From Oopsacas minuta (Eukaryota > Animalia > Porifera), in the NCBI GenBank assembly GCA_024704765.1, contig JAKMXF010000040.1, positions 1 to 58,311 on the forward strand: a stretch of 58,311 nt of DNA. Direction: 5' to 3'. Of this stretch, positions 1 through 11,558 are shown piece after piece (the first letter of the stretch is position 1; every line of letters begins with the position of its first letter). The translations under genes and the position numbers were made by a program. The notes beneath the pieces are model-generated. The model saw nothing but the letters and a program-made list of their open reading frames with translations, made no database searches and had not been told where the DNA came from.

Positions 1-412
1 GAATGATTGAAGAAATTTAGATCTAGTTAGAAGATATATTAGTTCCTGCTACTAAATCACTTAACAGTTTTGTAATGATTTTGGTTTCCTATTCCTTTAA
101 TATATTAATGTTGTTTTAGACCTATTATTATGTTATTATTTCAGTTATAAGCAATGATATGCTATGATAATAAGATACTTTATTTAAATGACTTCTATTT
201 CATCCCTGGTCCAATTTCAGAGTCGATTTCCAATAAAATAAGTACATTTATCGTTTAAAGTTCATAACTAATAATAAATAGCAAAAAAACGAATGCACTT
301 GTAGTTCATCCATGGTCCAGTTTTTATTGCTGTTTCCAGTCCTTATATTACGTAGTTCACGTTTGGAATTAATATTACTAAATAATTATTTATTTTGATG
401 AAGTATGTATAC

Positions 413-813
413 CTCTATCTTTCCAGAATTTATTGATATAACTGTAATCAGCTGGAGGTAGTTGATCAGGAGGATTCTCATAGTCAATTTCAAGGATCCT
501 ATTCGTCTCTGCCTCAACTGGTGCTTCCTCGTACTTGATATCTAGCCTATCCATAGCAACAATTAGTATCTGAACTACAATGTAGATGTTACGATATACG
601 AGAGTACGGAAGTTATTCAGTTCTGCTTGTGAATAAGGCTTGCCATGTAGTATACGCATTTGTTTGATAAACGTAGTTTTACCCGATTCGCCTGTCCCCA
701 GTAAGAGAAGCTTCTTCGTATTTTTCAAATCTTTCTTGTTTCTTAAGATCTCGCTGGATCTGTTGATTTACTTCTTCGGCATGCCTCGCCTCCGGAGTAG
801 GTAAACAACTCAT
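413..813 (-). CDS. Heterotrimeric G-protein alpha subunit, Gq-class-like, exon 1. One frameshift near 735; the remaining exons are not identifiable in the window.
   Basis: ORF 390-728 has KLLLLGTGESGKTTFIKQMRILHG (G-alpha P-loop). An ATG at 813 gives MSCLPTPEARHAEEVNQQIQRDLKKQ, a G-alpha N-terminal helix, in an adjacent frame. GT donor at 412-411 after FWKDR(G). Confidence 0.88.
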
Positions 814-1324
814 TTTCTATTTACCCACACTATCTAATTGTATTTGAACGAAATAAGGGTTTATTAGCTACCGAATATATATTTCGAAACAGTAGTTGAT
901 AACGAGTATTGTAACTAAGTTTTACGGTATACATACGCATGGTGAATGTACTACCAAATTGAGAGATCACATCATCCCACAAGGTTACATGATATCACAG
1001 AAGCAGGATTTGAGTGATGCTCCTTCTCTCTACAAATGTTCATTATGGTCATTTTAGAACGAAAGTCGACCATTATTTAAATCAGCCCTCGAGGTCTTCC
1101 AGTTTCTTCAATCAATTCTGGAAATACAAACATATATACACAAATACAGATTAATTGGGTTTTAATAGATAGATAAAAGGGGCTTGTTTTGTGTTTGTTC
1201 AGTTGCTACATACTATTTTCTACTTACAAGGGTTACATATTGACTATTGATTATGTAAATTTAGCTTAATTGATAATGTAGGAACTATCACCATACGTAA
1301 TAGATCAGTTATTCTTCAAACATC

Positions 1325-2248
1325 ATGAATTCTAAAGAAGATCTCCAATACAGAGAATCTACTAAACTTGTTCGATTCGCTCTCGCATCAACAAGTAGCA
1401 TGACAGCATCATTTATTACTAACCCAATTGACGTTACTAAAGTTCGTATGCAGCTTGAGGGTGAATTAAAATCGCATACACCGTTATATAACCGGTATTA
1501 CAAAGGGTTTTTACGTGGTGCAGTTAGAATATTATTAGATGAAGGTCCCAGAGGTTGGCTTAAGGGTGTGACGCCTAGTTTGATGCGGGAATTTTCCTAT
1601 GGAGGAATTAGACTAGGTGCTTATGAGCCAATTAAGGAATTATTCGGCGCTACAGATCCAGCACATACTCCTTTGTGGAAGAAGATCGCGGCAGGCGGCA
1701 CTAGTGGCATGGTGGGATCAGCAATAGCCAACCCAACAGATCTTGTAAAAATTCGCATGCAAGGAACCAAAGTTGGAAAACGTTATAAGACAACATTTCA
1801 CGCGTTTGCACATATATTCCGCACTGAAGGCATTCGTGGGTTGTGGCGTGGTGTAGGCCCTACAGTACAACGTGCTATGATATTAACCGCGAGTCAAACT
1901 TCATCATATGATCATACCAAACATACGATACTAAATTTAGACCTAATGGTGGAAGGATTACCTCTACACATAGTTTCTAGTATTACCGCTGGTTTTGTAT
2001 GTGCTCTCTGCACATCTCCATTCGATGTTATAAAAACACGCATTATGAATCAAGAATCAGCCAAAGAGGGTGGAGGTAAGGTTTACAAGACTATGCTAGA
2101 TTGTTTAGTCAAGACTGTTAGAAGCGAAGGTATGTCAGGGCTGTATAAAGGATTTTTTCCGAATTGGATGAGATTAGGTCCACACACTATTATATGTTTT
2201 CTGATTTTCGAACGTTTAAGGATTATATTTAATATTAGACCAATTTAA
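1325..2248 (+). CDS. ucpB: Mitochondrial carrier (SLC25) of the UCP/ucpB-like group, intronless, 307 aa
   Basis: Three carrier signatures PIDVTKVRMQ, PTDLVKIRMQ, PFDVIKTRIM. UCP-type motifs GVGPTVQRA and GFFPNWMRLGPHT. Confidence 0.9.
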   Translation: MNSKEDLQYRESTKLVRFALASTSSMTASFITNPIDVTKVRMQLEGELKSHTPLYNRYYKGFLRGAVRILLDEGPRGWLKGVTPSLMREFSYGGIRLGAYEPIKELFGATDPAHTPLWKKIAAGGTSGMVGSAIANPTDLVKIRMQGTKVGKRYKTTFHAFAHIFRTEGIRGLWRGVGPTVQRAMILTASQTSSYDHTKHTILNLDLMVEGLPLHIVSSITAGFVCALCTSPFDVIKTRIMNQESAKEGGGKVYKTMLDCLVKTVRSEGMSGLYKGFFPNWMRLGPHTIICFLIFERLRIIFNIRPI

Positions 2249-2691
2249 TGGTTATTTATTAAATCAGATTATTTATTCTGTTTATGTACTAGGAAATTAC
2301 TGTTTCATTATTGTTACAGATAACTGCAGGGTTTTTAAATGTGATCAGTACACATTGATATTTCTAATTATAGAATACGCAGAACCCTGATTATAATATA
2401 TGGATATTTCATCACCTTTTGATATGTTTATGATAGATTACTATTCAATTATTAATTATAGTGTGGCAACCTTGTAACAGTGTAATATCTCAGTCTAATA
2501 CATTTATAGTTTGTAATAGATTATGATGCAAGTTATATTACCACAAAGTCGAGTAATCTCTTTCCGAAATTTTTGTCTACAAATAGAATATTTAATACTC
2601 TTTCACTTTACAAATATGCAATTCCTAATCTATTATATCATCTTATTGTATCTATAAAAGCAAGAATCTAACAAACAAATGTATTTATACA

Positions 2692-3744
2692 ATGGGTTTA
2701 CAAATTAATGCTAGTAATATTGAGATAATAATTATTTCGATAGCATCTATCCTATTCTGCTTGTTGGCTGTATTTACATTAATTTTCTTTGTAAGAAGAC
2801 GATACTTGTTATTTAAAGAAATAAATAGGATCCCAAGCGAATTTCTGATAATTCAATCTTACAAAAATCATTTGAAGAATCTTAAGATAAGAGCTATGAT
2901 AAATAATTTTATTATTATCATTCTAATATTAGAAATAGTGGAAACTGTATCTTCTGGATTTTTCTTAGTTTCTGAATGGATTGTATTTGCTGATGAGGAA
3001 AATGACTATCCAGTAATAACACTAAGTTATGTCCGGCAAATAAATAGTTATCTTCTTATAATTGTAAGATACTCCCTCGTCCCTACGCTATCTTGTCTGA
3101 TGAATGTATTGTGGTTAGTTTATAGAAAATATATGTATAAATATGCTATTATTAGATGGACGGCGTATATATTGGTTAGAGCATTTATCATCTGTTGTAT
3201 GGGTAGCTTTTTTTATAGTCATTTATATTTTTCTGACGATTACAAAATTTTGTCACATTGTGTTACATTTACTGTAATGGGATTTTTCTACATTTTTGAT
3301 TTTTTCCAGTTTATATATTATTCCAGAAAATTCTATTTACATCTCAAGAGCAGAGAGCATGAAATTTTGCTATTCTATTATGATAATACAGCATATCTCG
3401 ACAGTAAATTCCTGCGTATACATTTTCTAATCGCTACTATATTAGTTAGTATTTCTCTATTCTTTTTTATTATTGGATATTCTCTATCATCATTTTCAAG
3501 CATCCTTTTCGTGATTTCATGGTTCCCATCAAATTGGGAACATATTTTGTATACTGGAGGGAATTTAATGTCTGTGTATATTTTCTTTCCCTCCAACCTC
3601 ATATATAGGGTTTTAATTATTGTTAATTATTTGTACATATTTGTTGTTGTTGTTTACAAGTCGGTGAGAGACAGACAAAAGCTAGTACACATCAATAAAA
3701 GGATTCAACCCTTAGTTGAAGAATACCATAATACAATTTTTTGA
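2692..3744 (+). CDS. Orphan multi-pass membrane protein with about 7 hydrophobic segments (7TM/GPCR-like topology), intronless, 350 aa
   Basis: Long intact ORF with about seven 20-25 aa hydrophobic stretches separated by basic loops. No family motif recognised. Confidence 0.7.
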   Translation: MGLQINASNIEIIIISIASILFCLLAVFTLIFFVRRRYLLFKEINRIPSEFLIIQSYKNHLKNLKIRAMINNFIIIILILEIVETVSSGFFLVSEWIVFADEENDYPVITLSYVRQINSYLLIIVRYSLVPTLSCLMNVLWLVYRKYMYKYAIIRWTAYILVRAFIICCMGSFFYSHLYFSDDYKILSHCVTFTVMGFFYIFDFFQFIYYSRKFYLHLKSREHEILLFYYDNTAYLDSKFLRIHFLIATILVSISLFFFIIGYSLSSFSSILFVISWFPSNWEHILYTGGNLMSVYIFFPSNLIYRVLIIVNYLYIFVVVVYKSVRDRQKLVHINKRIQPLVEEYHNTIF

Positions 3745-3937
3745 TAGAAATTGATATATATTTAAGTTCAGATGGTTATCATTATTATTACATGTAATTT
3801 TATTGTTGTAATGTTGTTTAAGAAACCCATTTTGAGGCACTCCTGGCTTGTTTGGAGCGGAGTATACTCTTTCTTTGTTGCTATATTGGATGTTTAGTGG
3901 AAAATCTTCCTCCGACCATAGCCTACAATATCCTATT

Positions 3938-4190
3938 ATTACTCGTTAATCGTTAAACTATTCCCAAATCAGTATAGCCCCGAATTCCCATATCCTGATA
4001 ATACATTTTGATAGATCTCTAACCCATATGACGTAATTGGGAATATGCCCATCTATGGTTATATTTAACTTCACGTAAGATAATATTCAGGGATATCGTC
4101 TTAAAATGTATTATCAGGGTATGGGAAGTTGGGTATTTACTACCTATTGGCTATACTGATTTGGGAATAATTATAACGATTATCGAGTTA
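3938..4190. mobile_element. Fold-back MITE-like element (~250 bp)
   Basis: Outer inverted repeat ..tattcccaaatcagtatagcc / ggctatactgatttgggaata.. and inner inverted repeat ttcccatatcctgataatacatttt / aaaatgtattatcagggtatgggaa. Confidence 0.7.
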
Positions 4191-4848
4191 TAATTGGGTA
4201 TTCATAAAAAAGAATCGTGCCTGGTCTCTCCTGTAACAGTTAGTTTGATAGGCACGTAACTTGATACTAAAAATAATCCTCCAGTTTTCCAAACTATTGG
4301 CGAGTTACCCGTAGGGATATTCTATGACTTCGTGATTTGAGCGAAGCCAATTTGAGCTATACATATCACAACGTGTAAGGTTATCAAAATGTTACTCGAA
4401 TCGCTCGAAAAATGAATAACTCAAGAATAAGCCAACTTTTGCATTACAAAATTTTGATATTTTATGTAAAAACTATTTATAGATGATTTCATAGATTCAC
4501 TTAGAAATGAAATATTCAATATTTAACGTTATACAAGGCATCAAAGAATGAAATATTTTCCCAATAATATGTTTTGTAGGCACATGTTTAATTTGTTGTT
4601 CTAACAATTGCAATACATTTATTTGGGCCCAAATGTACCGTTTCTGCTATAGACATCACATGGAATCTGTTCCATCGGGTTACCTTAGTTCAATTAATTT
4701 CAGGCCTTATATAGAGTTGGCTATGCTCCAACGAATGTTCTCTTAACACCAAACTAACCCATCTATCATTCCATTATTGATACTAAACACTACATACAAT
4801 CTATCCCTACAAACTATTTCTAGACTAAAGTGCCGTCATATCTTTGCT

Positions 4849-4893
4849 CACTTAGCAAATATGTCAGAGAAATGCTGACATATTTGCTAAGTG
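4849..4893. repeat. Perfect 19-bp hairpin with 7-nt loop
   Basis: cacttagcaaatatgtcag-agaaatg-ctgacatatttgctaagtg. Confidence 0.9.
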
Positions 4894-5349
4894 TACAATT
4901 TTGTAACTCTTATAAAGTGTTAATATAATTTATACATTTACAAATTCGAAATGTATATACCATGGGACTTAAGGATGTTTCAGTTACAAATATCAACAAT
5001 AATTTTCTAATAAAATTCTCTCACAATGGAATTTTAAATTTTGTAATTTACTCTACTATTATCGATAACTGACGTGGTGTTACATTCGTAACAAAATAGG
5101 AACACGAAAATTACCATTCGTTTTAATCAATTCACTCACCAAACCGAGATTTTAGCACCTTTTTCATGTCATAAAATCACACTTCCCGCCGTATTTAGTT
5201 AAGGGCTGAAACTTTCAAGGTAGAACGACAATTACTATCTGGCGTGCGTATAATTTTTGAAGTGGGTCTGCCACTTTTGTGACACTTCTTTCCCCATAGA
5301 AATTTTTCATTAGGTTAATACTACGATACTACCCATATAATACTGAATA

Positions 5350-5839
5350 ATGGAATGTATATACATCGAATATCAAGGAGAGACAAAGACGCTTTACATT
5401 AAGAATAAGTTTGAAGTAAGTGAATGCTATGTTACTGTCAACTCTTTATCTCCATAAGTAACCAACAGAACGGATGCAATTAGAAATCCTTTTACCGTAA
5501 ATCCGGGTATAACTTATGAGAACTTTTGAATTCCTCAACATGGGAATTCTCATGGGTTTCCGACCTGGGAAATCCTATGGGAATCTTGTGGGAAAATATT
5601 TTCAAGTTGTACGCTAGACAATATAGTGGTTAAATATATAGATGTCCTCTTCTAGGATTACAAAATATCAAAACTGAGAATGTGTGTAAGGCTCTTGACT
5701 GGTGTTGAGGACGATAAACAACATTTACTCTACGAATCAAAGGTTCTAGAGAATAGTCACGATAGAAGAGTGATGTCCTTCCAGGACTATGGTATATATT
5801 CTGGTGCACATGTTGTTCTGGAATTGAGATTGAATAATG
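5350..5839 (+). CDS. Spliced ubiquitin-like domain gene (exons 5350-5415 and 5656-5839; possible third exon 5952-6058)
   Basis: Exon 1 MECIYIEYQGETKTLYIKNKFE ends at GTAAGT (5416). A phase-0 AG at 5654-5655 opens DYKISKLRMCVRLLTGVEDDKQHLLYESKVLEN..SFQDYGIYSGAHVVLELRLNN. The joined peptide aligns by eye along the whole ubiquitin fold. Confidence 0.72.
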
Positions 5840-8800
5840 GTATTTCCCCCATTCCTGTGAAAAACACTAAAATGTACTTATATATGTTTGTTTTATTCCT
5901 AATATTCTTCATTTATTATTTTTATTCAAACTAAAACATTCCTCTTTATAGAAGAACTTACTAGTTACTGCTGTTATATGTTCAGTCACTGTTATATACG
6001 AAATATTATTCAAAGCAATTTTACAGGAGAAATAATAAATTGTTTTAGGGATAATTAGAACACTTCAGTTCAAGTTACCACCAATAATACCATATTGGGG
6101 AGTTATAAACAAGGAATCATCTAGTAGCACTGGACGCTCCTCTAGGCGTATGGTATGAGCTTGAAAATTGACGATCTTTCACTATACCACAAATAATTTT
6201 CTGATTTAGCGTATGAAAATTTCAGAGGTGCATTAAGACCGTGCTCCGAATAAGCTGTAAATAAATGTAGGAGCTGCATACCTACTACAGTGATCATATC
6301 AATATTGGGTTTTCCAAATAAATATCGAAATATAGCCCCCCCGTGCTTCCGTCGCCCTTGACTGCTTGTATATATTACAAATTTTAGTTGTTTAACCTAT
6401 TCCAATTGTAATAGAGGAACATTAGTATACTAACGAGATTCCATTATTATCGACCGATGGATTCAGGCTATCAGATTGTATCTTCAATAGGCAGTTATTT
6501 CGTATATTTAGACTTGATTATTTCTATGTTAGGGGCTTTTATATTAAAGCAATATCTAGAAATCCTTTGATATCCATATGCATACGGGAGGGCAAATATG
6601 TTTCCTCAAAGAGATTCCTTTAGATAAATTTACATTACATCTAGATGTAACTGGATTGGTTATTCGTAAATTTGATAAATGCCAGAAAAGTTCTCTCGAT
6701 TATACTCTAACAATAAAACACCCTTTCCCAAAGGTTAGCCCCATTCCGCTAACTGAGATGATCAGCAGTAGCGATCAAGCAACGTCGAAATAACTCATTT
6801 CCCCCTAAAATGGCGTTACAATGGCAAGAAAGCTTTAGTTAAGCAAAGAAATTACTCCAACTCACATTGAAGGTTACTTTAGTTGACAAATGTTGCACAG
6901 TACTTGCAATGCACTCAAATGTCAAAGTTTAGAAATCTACCTGACCAACTGCTGGCGAAGAATTCATCATAGAGTCTCAGAAGCTGCAGAAGTGAATTCT
7001 CTCAACTCGATACTCATTTACTCTCCCACACATACTCGCCAGTTAGCTATAAACTAGTAAAGAAGGTTTACTAAAACCAACTAAAAGAACCAAACAAATC
7101 GTTATGTTCATAATGGTTAGACTAACAATCTCAACAACTCTGGAATATATTAGTCAAATTTTCACTGCTTTGTGCAAGAAGGATGATACACAAGTGGAAG
7201 AAATCTGGAAGATAGGCAAGAGTAGTAAACGTAGTTACTTTAGGTAAGCTGAACTTTCTACAACCGTAAGTAGAGACAAACAAGTTAGAATAAAAGTATA
7301 AATTTACAAATTATAAAGGAATGGAGAAAAACGAAAAAGTCAAAGGATGGATTATTGCAGGATATAAAATGATGTTATTTGTTGTAAATCCGAAAATACC
7401 ACTAACATACATGTGAGTCAAACGAATCATTAAGTAAAGAGAGTATTATAGAATTTGATAATATCAAGACATACGATCTTGGAGAGATCAGTCCAGTCAA
7501 CTCATCATGGCCAACAGAGAAATGTTATGAAAATCAGCCGATTGGTAAATCCCTGCAAATCCGTAAATTTGTTCCCTCAAAAATTTACACATGGAGTAAA
7601 TATAATGAAACTTTATCCACAATTACTGTAACGAGCTATCCTATTTGTACACACAGGTTTATAGTATTATGATGCCACATGTCGACAATTTTGACCACTT
7701 CTAGTTGTTAGATCAAGAAGGTCTACAAAGGTGAAATGTAGTACAGGAAATAATCTTCACAAAAACAACAGATTTGTGACACAATGACACTTTTTCTAAA
7801 GTTATCTGATTTTCATGTAACACCTCAAACTCACATAGAAACTGATGCAAAATTATGTCGATAAATACAAGGGGGTTGTGTTGTATGGGAATGAGCTGGG
7901 TCAATACTACAAAGATAGACAGTTTATAAATATGCATAGGTGACGTACCCAAGGGTCAGGGTAGAGTGTTGGGGCTATTCTTCGATAATGCACAGTAAAC
8001 CTGGATCGATTAAGTTGTGGAAATTGAGGCCCCCACAAATATGTGTATTCAATTTGTAGGATAGCATAAGGATATTTATATACAAATATATAGTGACTAA
8101 TAGAGTTACTGTCTACATCAATACAAATACATTACAGAGCTAATTAAAGTACAAACACTCCACCAGAACTAATTTTATACATTTAAGCCTAATTATACAA
8201 CTCTACACTCTGATTAGGTATAATACAGAAATGTCAAAAGGTTTGAAAGTATACACATAAGAAATTTTTGAATTGTTAGGGGCACAACTAGATGTCACTA
8301 CGAGTATGCATGCCAAATTTGGTGTCTGAATATATCAAGGTGTGAACAGCACAGAGCGAAAACAGATATATATACATTGTCAAACATTTGAACTGAGCTA
8401 CTATACAAGTAATCAACACAGTAAATGAATTGAAGTATGACAGTGAAAGTATTATTGTAGAACCACATAGCTAAGATATAGTCTGTAGATGACATGATAG
8501 TGCATAGAATATATTTGATAATTCACACCATATATTACAATTAACAACACAACAACATTTCAACACTACAAGTCAACAACAACATATTTTCGTGAGTTTG
8601 TTACTTTTGATTGTTTGTAATTTGATATTCAATACGTAAATACAAACATAGTATATCCTAGACTTGTCACTTGGATATTACATCCAGGGTTTCTTCCAGC
8701 TTTTATATGTAGCGCGCCTAAATGAGTTCTCGATTTCACTTACGCGCCTAGACTATTTGAATTTTCGAAGCATCAAAGTTAAATTTTAATCAAACCAGAC

Positions 8801-9210
8801 ATCCATTACATATTTTACGGTTAATACTACATTCCAGAGGTGTAATACCAGCAGTATTAGGACTCAACCTACATACCATATATCAAGCTTCCTCCCTCCA
8901 ATTATACACAGTTTACCTTTTGAATTATTTTACAATATTAATGAATTCAACTGATTAATATTGTAAACAATAATACATTTGAATTGACCTTTATGATTGT
9001 TACTATTATTACATTATTCGCCAAAATTGGCTTGTGACATACGCCTAACTATCAAAATTTTCATACGTTTTGGTTATTCACTAAGTTGTTTTATATGTCT
9101 TTTAATGAAGATGTATTGTACACGGCTAATGATATGACAGCGAGCTGGACAATTTTGTAATTTTCCCCGAGAAATATTTACATAAATATTTTTGAATTTC
9201 TAGAATAGAA

Positions 9211-10410
9211 ATGGCTGCAGTTTTCAATGTCGATCAAAAGCTAGAAGCTCTGAAAATGGAAATAGTAAGAACTTTTGATGAACTTTACCAATATCTGTCA
9301 GATCGCAGAAATTGTATTCTGTCTAGACTCGCTAAAATGAAGGAAGGACACGACAAGAATGTAGAATTGGAGGAAGCAATAAATCAGTTGAGGATTTCCA
9401 AAGATCAAATACTAGCTACAATGACTAACAACTTGGTAGGAGGATTACTTGACACAATGAAACAAACGCTAGATAGAAACATCGAACTGAGAATAGCTGA
9501 AAAGGTAAAAGTAGATAACTTGGAGTTTATTGAGTTTCGTTGTTACTCTGATAAAATTGGTAAAACCATTGCTGAAATAGATTTGTTTGAAATCAGTCCT
9601 GAATACGTCAGGAGGGAGAACCCTATTCTTAAAGTTTGTAAGAGGGGTAGAGGAAATGGGGAGTCGCATAGTCCCAGAGGAATAGCTGTAGATAGAGCAA
9701 GTAATGAAATGTATATTTGTGACAACGGCAACAGTCGTATTCAAGTGTTGAATACTGAAGGAAAGTATTTACGTTCTTTTGGGACTGACCACTTGAAGGA
9801 GCCATACGGTATATGTCTGTCAAAAGAGGAAGTATTCGTTACTGATAGAGCTAAAGAGTCTCTTGTAAAGTTTAGCCTAGCAGGACAATTCCTAAAGAAA
9901 ACAGGCTCAAGAGGCAATACAGAAGGACGATTTACTTCAATCGCAGGATTGTGTCATGAAGCTGGGTTAATATATGTCTGTGATGGTTGTCTACGAAGAA
10001 TTCAAATATTTGATTCTAATCTTAACTTCATTAAACAGTTCGTCCACGGAGAACTCATTCATCCAACAGACATTACAGTATTCTCTGACAGAATCTACAT
10101 CCTATCTCAAAGCAACAACTCCATCCACTGCTACAACAGAGACTGTACTCTCCATAATATTATACAGCTGACTGGACAGGAACAGCCAATGATAGCAGCT
10201 GGCTTCTTCACGATTGATAAGAAGGGGAACTTCTTAATTACAGACAATACAGCTAACGAAATTTGTATCTTCTCACCTCAAGGAGTGATGAAACATATTC
10301 TGGGTAGAGGACATCTCCCTTACTTATGCGGTATTCTATTAGATAACTCAGATAATATTATATGTGTGAATGGTGGCATGGAAGGCAAAGGCTGTTTCCA
10401 GAAATATTAA
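9211..10410 (+). CDS. Coiled-coil + NHL-repeat beta-propeller protein (TRIM-NHL-like C-terminus with no RING/B-box), 399 aa
   Basis: Heptad-rich N-terminus followed by repeated PRGIAVD..MYICDNGNSRIQV, PYGICL, IYVCD..RRIQIF and PTDITV NHL blades. Confidence 0.9.
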   Translation: MAAVFNVDQKLEALKMEIVRTFDELYQYLSDRRNCILSRLAKMKEGHDKNVELEEAINQLRISKDQILATMTNNLVGGLLDTMKQTLDRNIELRIAEKVKVDNLEFIEFRCYSDKIGKTIAEIDLFEISPEYVRRENPILKVCKRGRGNGESHSPRGIAVDRASNEMYICDNGNSRIQVLNTEGKYLRSFGTDHLKEPYGICLSKEEVFVTDRAKESLVKFSLAGQFLKKTGSRGNTEGRFTSIAGLCHEAGLIYVCDGCLRRIQIFDSNLNFIKQFVHGELIHPTDITVFSDRIYILSQSNNSIHCYNRDCTLHNIIQLTGQEQPMIAAGFFTIDKKGNFLITDNTANEICIFSPQGVMKHILGRGHLPYLCGILLDNSDNIICVNGGMEGKGCFQKY

Positions 10411-10569
10411 CATTTTCCTTACTTTGAGTGTATTTCCTATAATCTTCTTTATCCAATTAGTATAATACTCATTTTTCATTTCTTATTTTCTCATTTTGTA
10501 GTATTTACAAATATTTCTAATCCACAATTTTGATACATATTTCGGTATATAATTCATATGGGAGAACTA

Positions 10570-11010
10570 TTACTTATGTGAAAAATGTATTGCCTGATGG
10601 TAATTGTTTGTTCAAATCTCTTTCATATGTCATACAGTTCTAATCATTATCATAGAGAAATAAGGGAACAATTAGTATTCAAAATGAGAGGGAAATACTA
10701 GATTGTTGTTCAAATTACTGCAATTCACACTCAAATTCAATCGCTACAACACAACTATTCTTCAATTCAGCAGAATATAAAATTAAGTAAGATTGACGGA
10801 ACTGGAAATTTGGGAACAAACTTGGATTCATTTTTAACAGCACAACTGCTGAAAATATATTTTCGTATACATGGATTTGACTGCAGTTGGTATAAATTTT
10901 CTGGTCATGGATTTGATGCTAAGAAGGATGTCCACGATTTAACTGAAAGAAGATATAGCTTTGCCTCTACTCAAGTTATTTTCAACCAGTTTGGAGTGTA
11001 CAGGCGAATG
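10570..11010 (+). pseudogene. Decayed OTU-family cysteine-protease domain
   Basis: Frame at 10575-10630 reads YVKNVLPDGNCLFKSLSYVI (OTU DGNCLF Cys-loop). After frameshifts, GNLGTNLDSFLTAQLLKIY resembles the WG-x-E-x-x-A-A variable loop. Confidence 0.6.
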
Positions 11011-11558
11011 TCTGGGGCTTATTTTCAAATGTACTATCTCCAAATTTGAGAGTTTCGGAGTCTGAAAGTTACAAATTCACAGATTTATCATATGAATAAT
11101 CATATTTCCATACCTTCTTGCATATTATTCCAAATAATGCTAGAGATTTCATTTTAACTGCTAGTAAGGTGTACTCGAGTATGTAGATTCCAATTTTGAT
11201 ATTTTTCAAATCTATATCTATTTGATTTACAATATGATTAATCATAACACAAACAAATAATCCTGAGCTGCACTTCCAGTCTGTCGGCTGGACATTTTTA
11301 ATGTACGATCGTGATCGTGATAATTGATTTGGCTATCGGCTGATGCCCTAGCTATATCCATAAAACTACAAGGGGTTTACATAAATTCTAATATCCTTTG
11401 TATGCATTATTCAAATCTATTGCATTGTCAGTAAATTGTCCAATTGGGGGACGATTTTTATAAATACAATTTACAATTCAATATAAAGAATAAACGAGTG
11501 AGATGATTTGGTATTCTGGAGGCCATAAATGATCTAGGGTTCGAATGTTTTCCCTCAT

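Noticed and set aside
6060-7950. Coding-like stretch, possibly a decayed LINE or the continuation of the UBL gene (ORFs 6578-6793 and 7713-7952)
   Set aside because: Many stops in all frames examined and no diagnostic motif that I can support.
8298-8495. Hydrophobic 65-aa ORF
   Set aside because: No family motif or supporting splice structure. AT-rich DNA yields such ORFs by chance.
9469-10171. Antisense and alternative-frame ORFs over NHL genes (9469-9744, 9543-9731, 9629-9823, 9974-10171; likewise 37181-37378, 56411-56599, 3378-3602)
   Set aside because: Shadows of real coding sequence.
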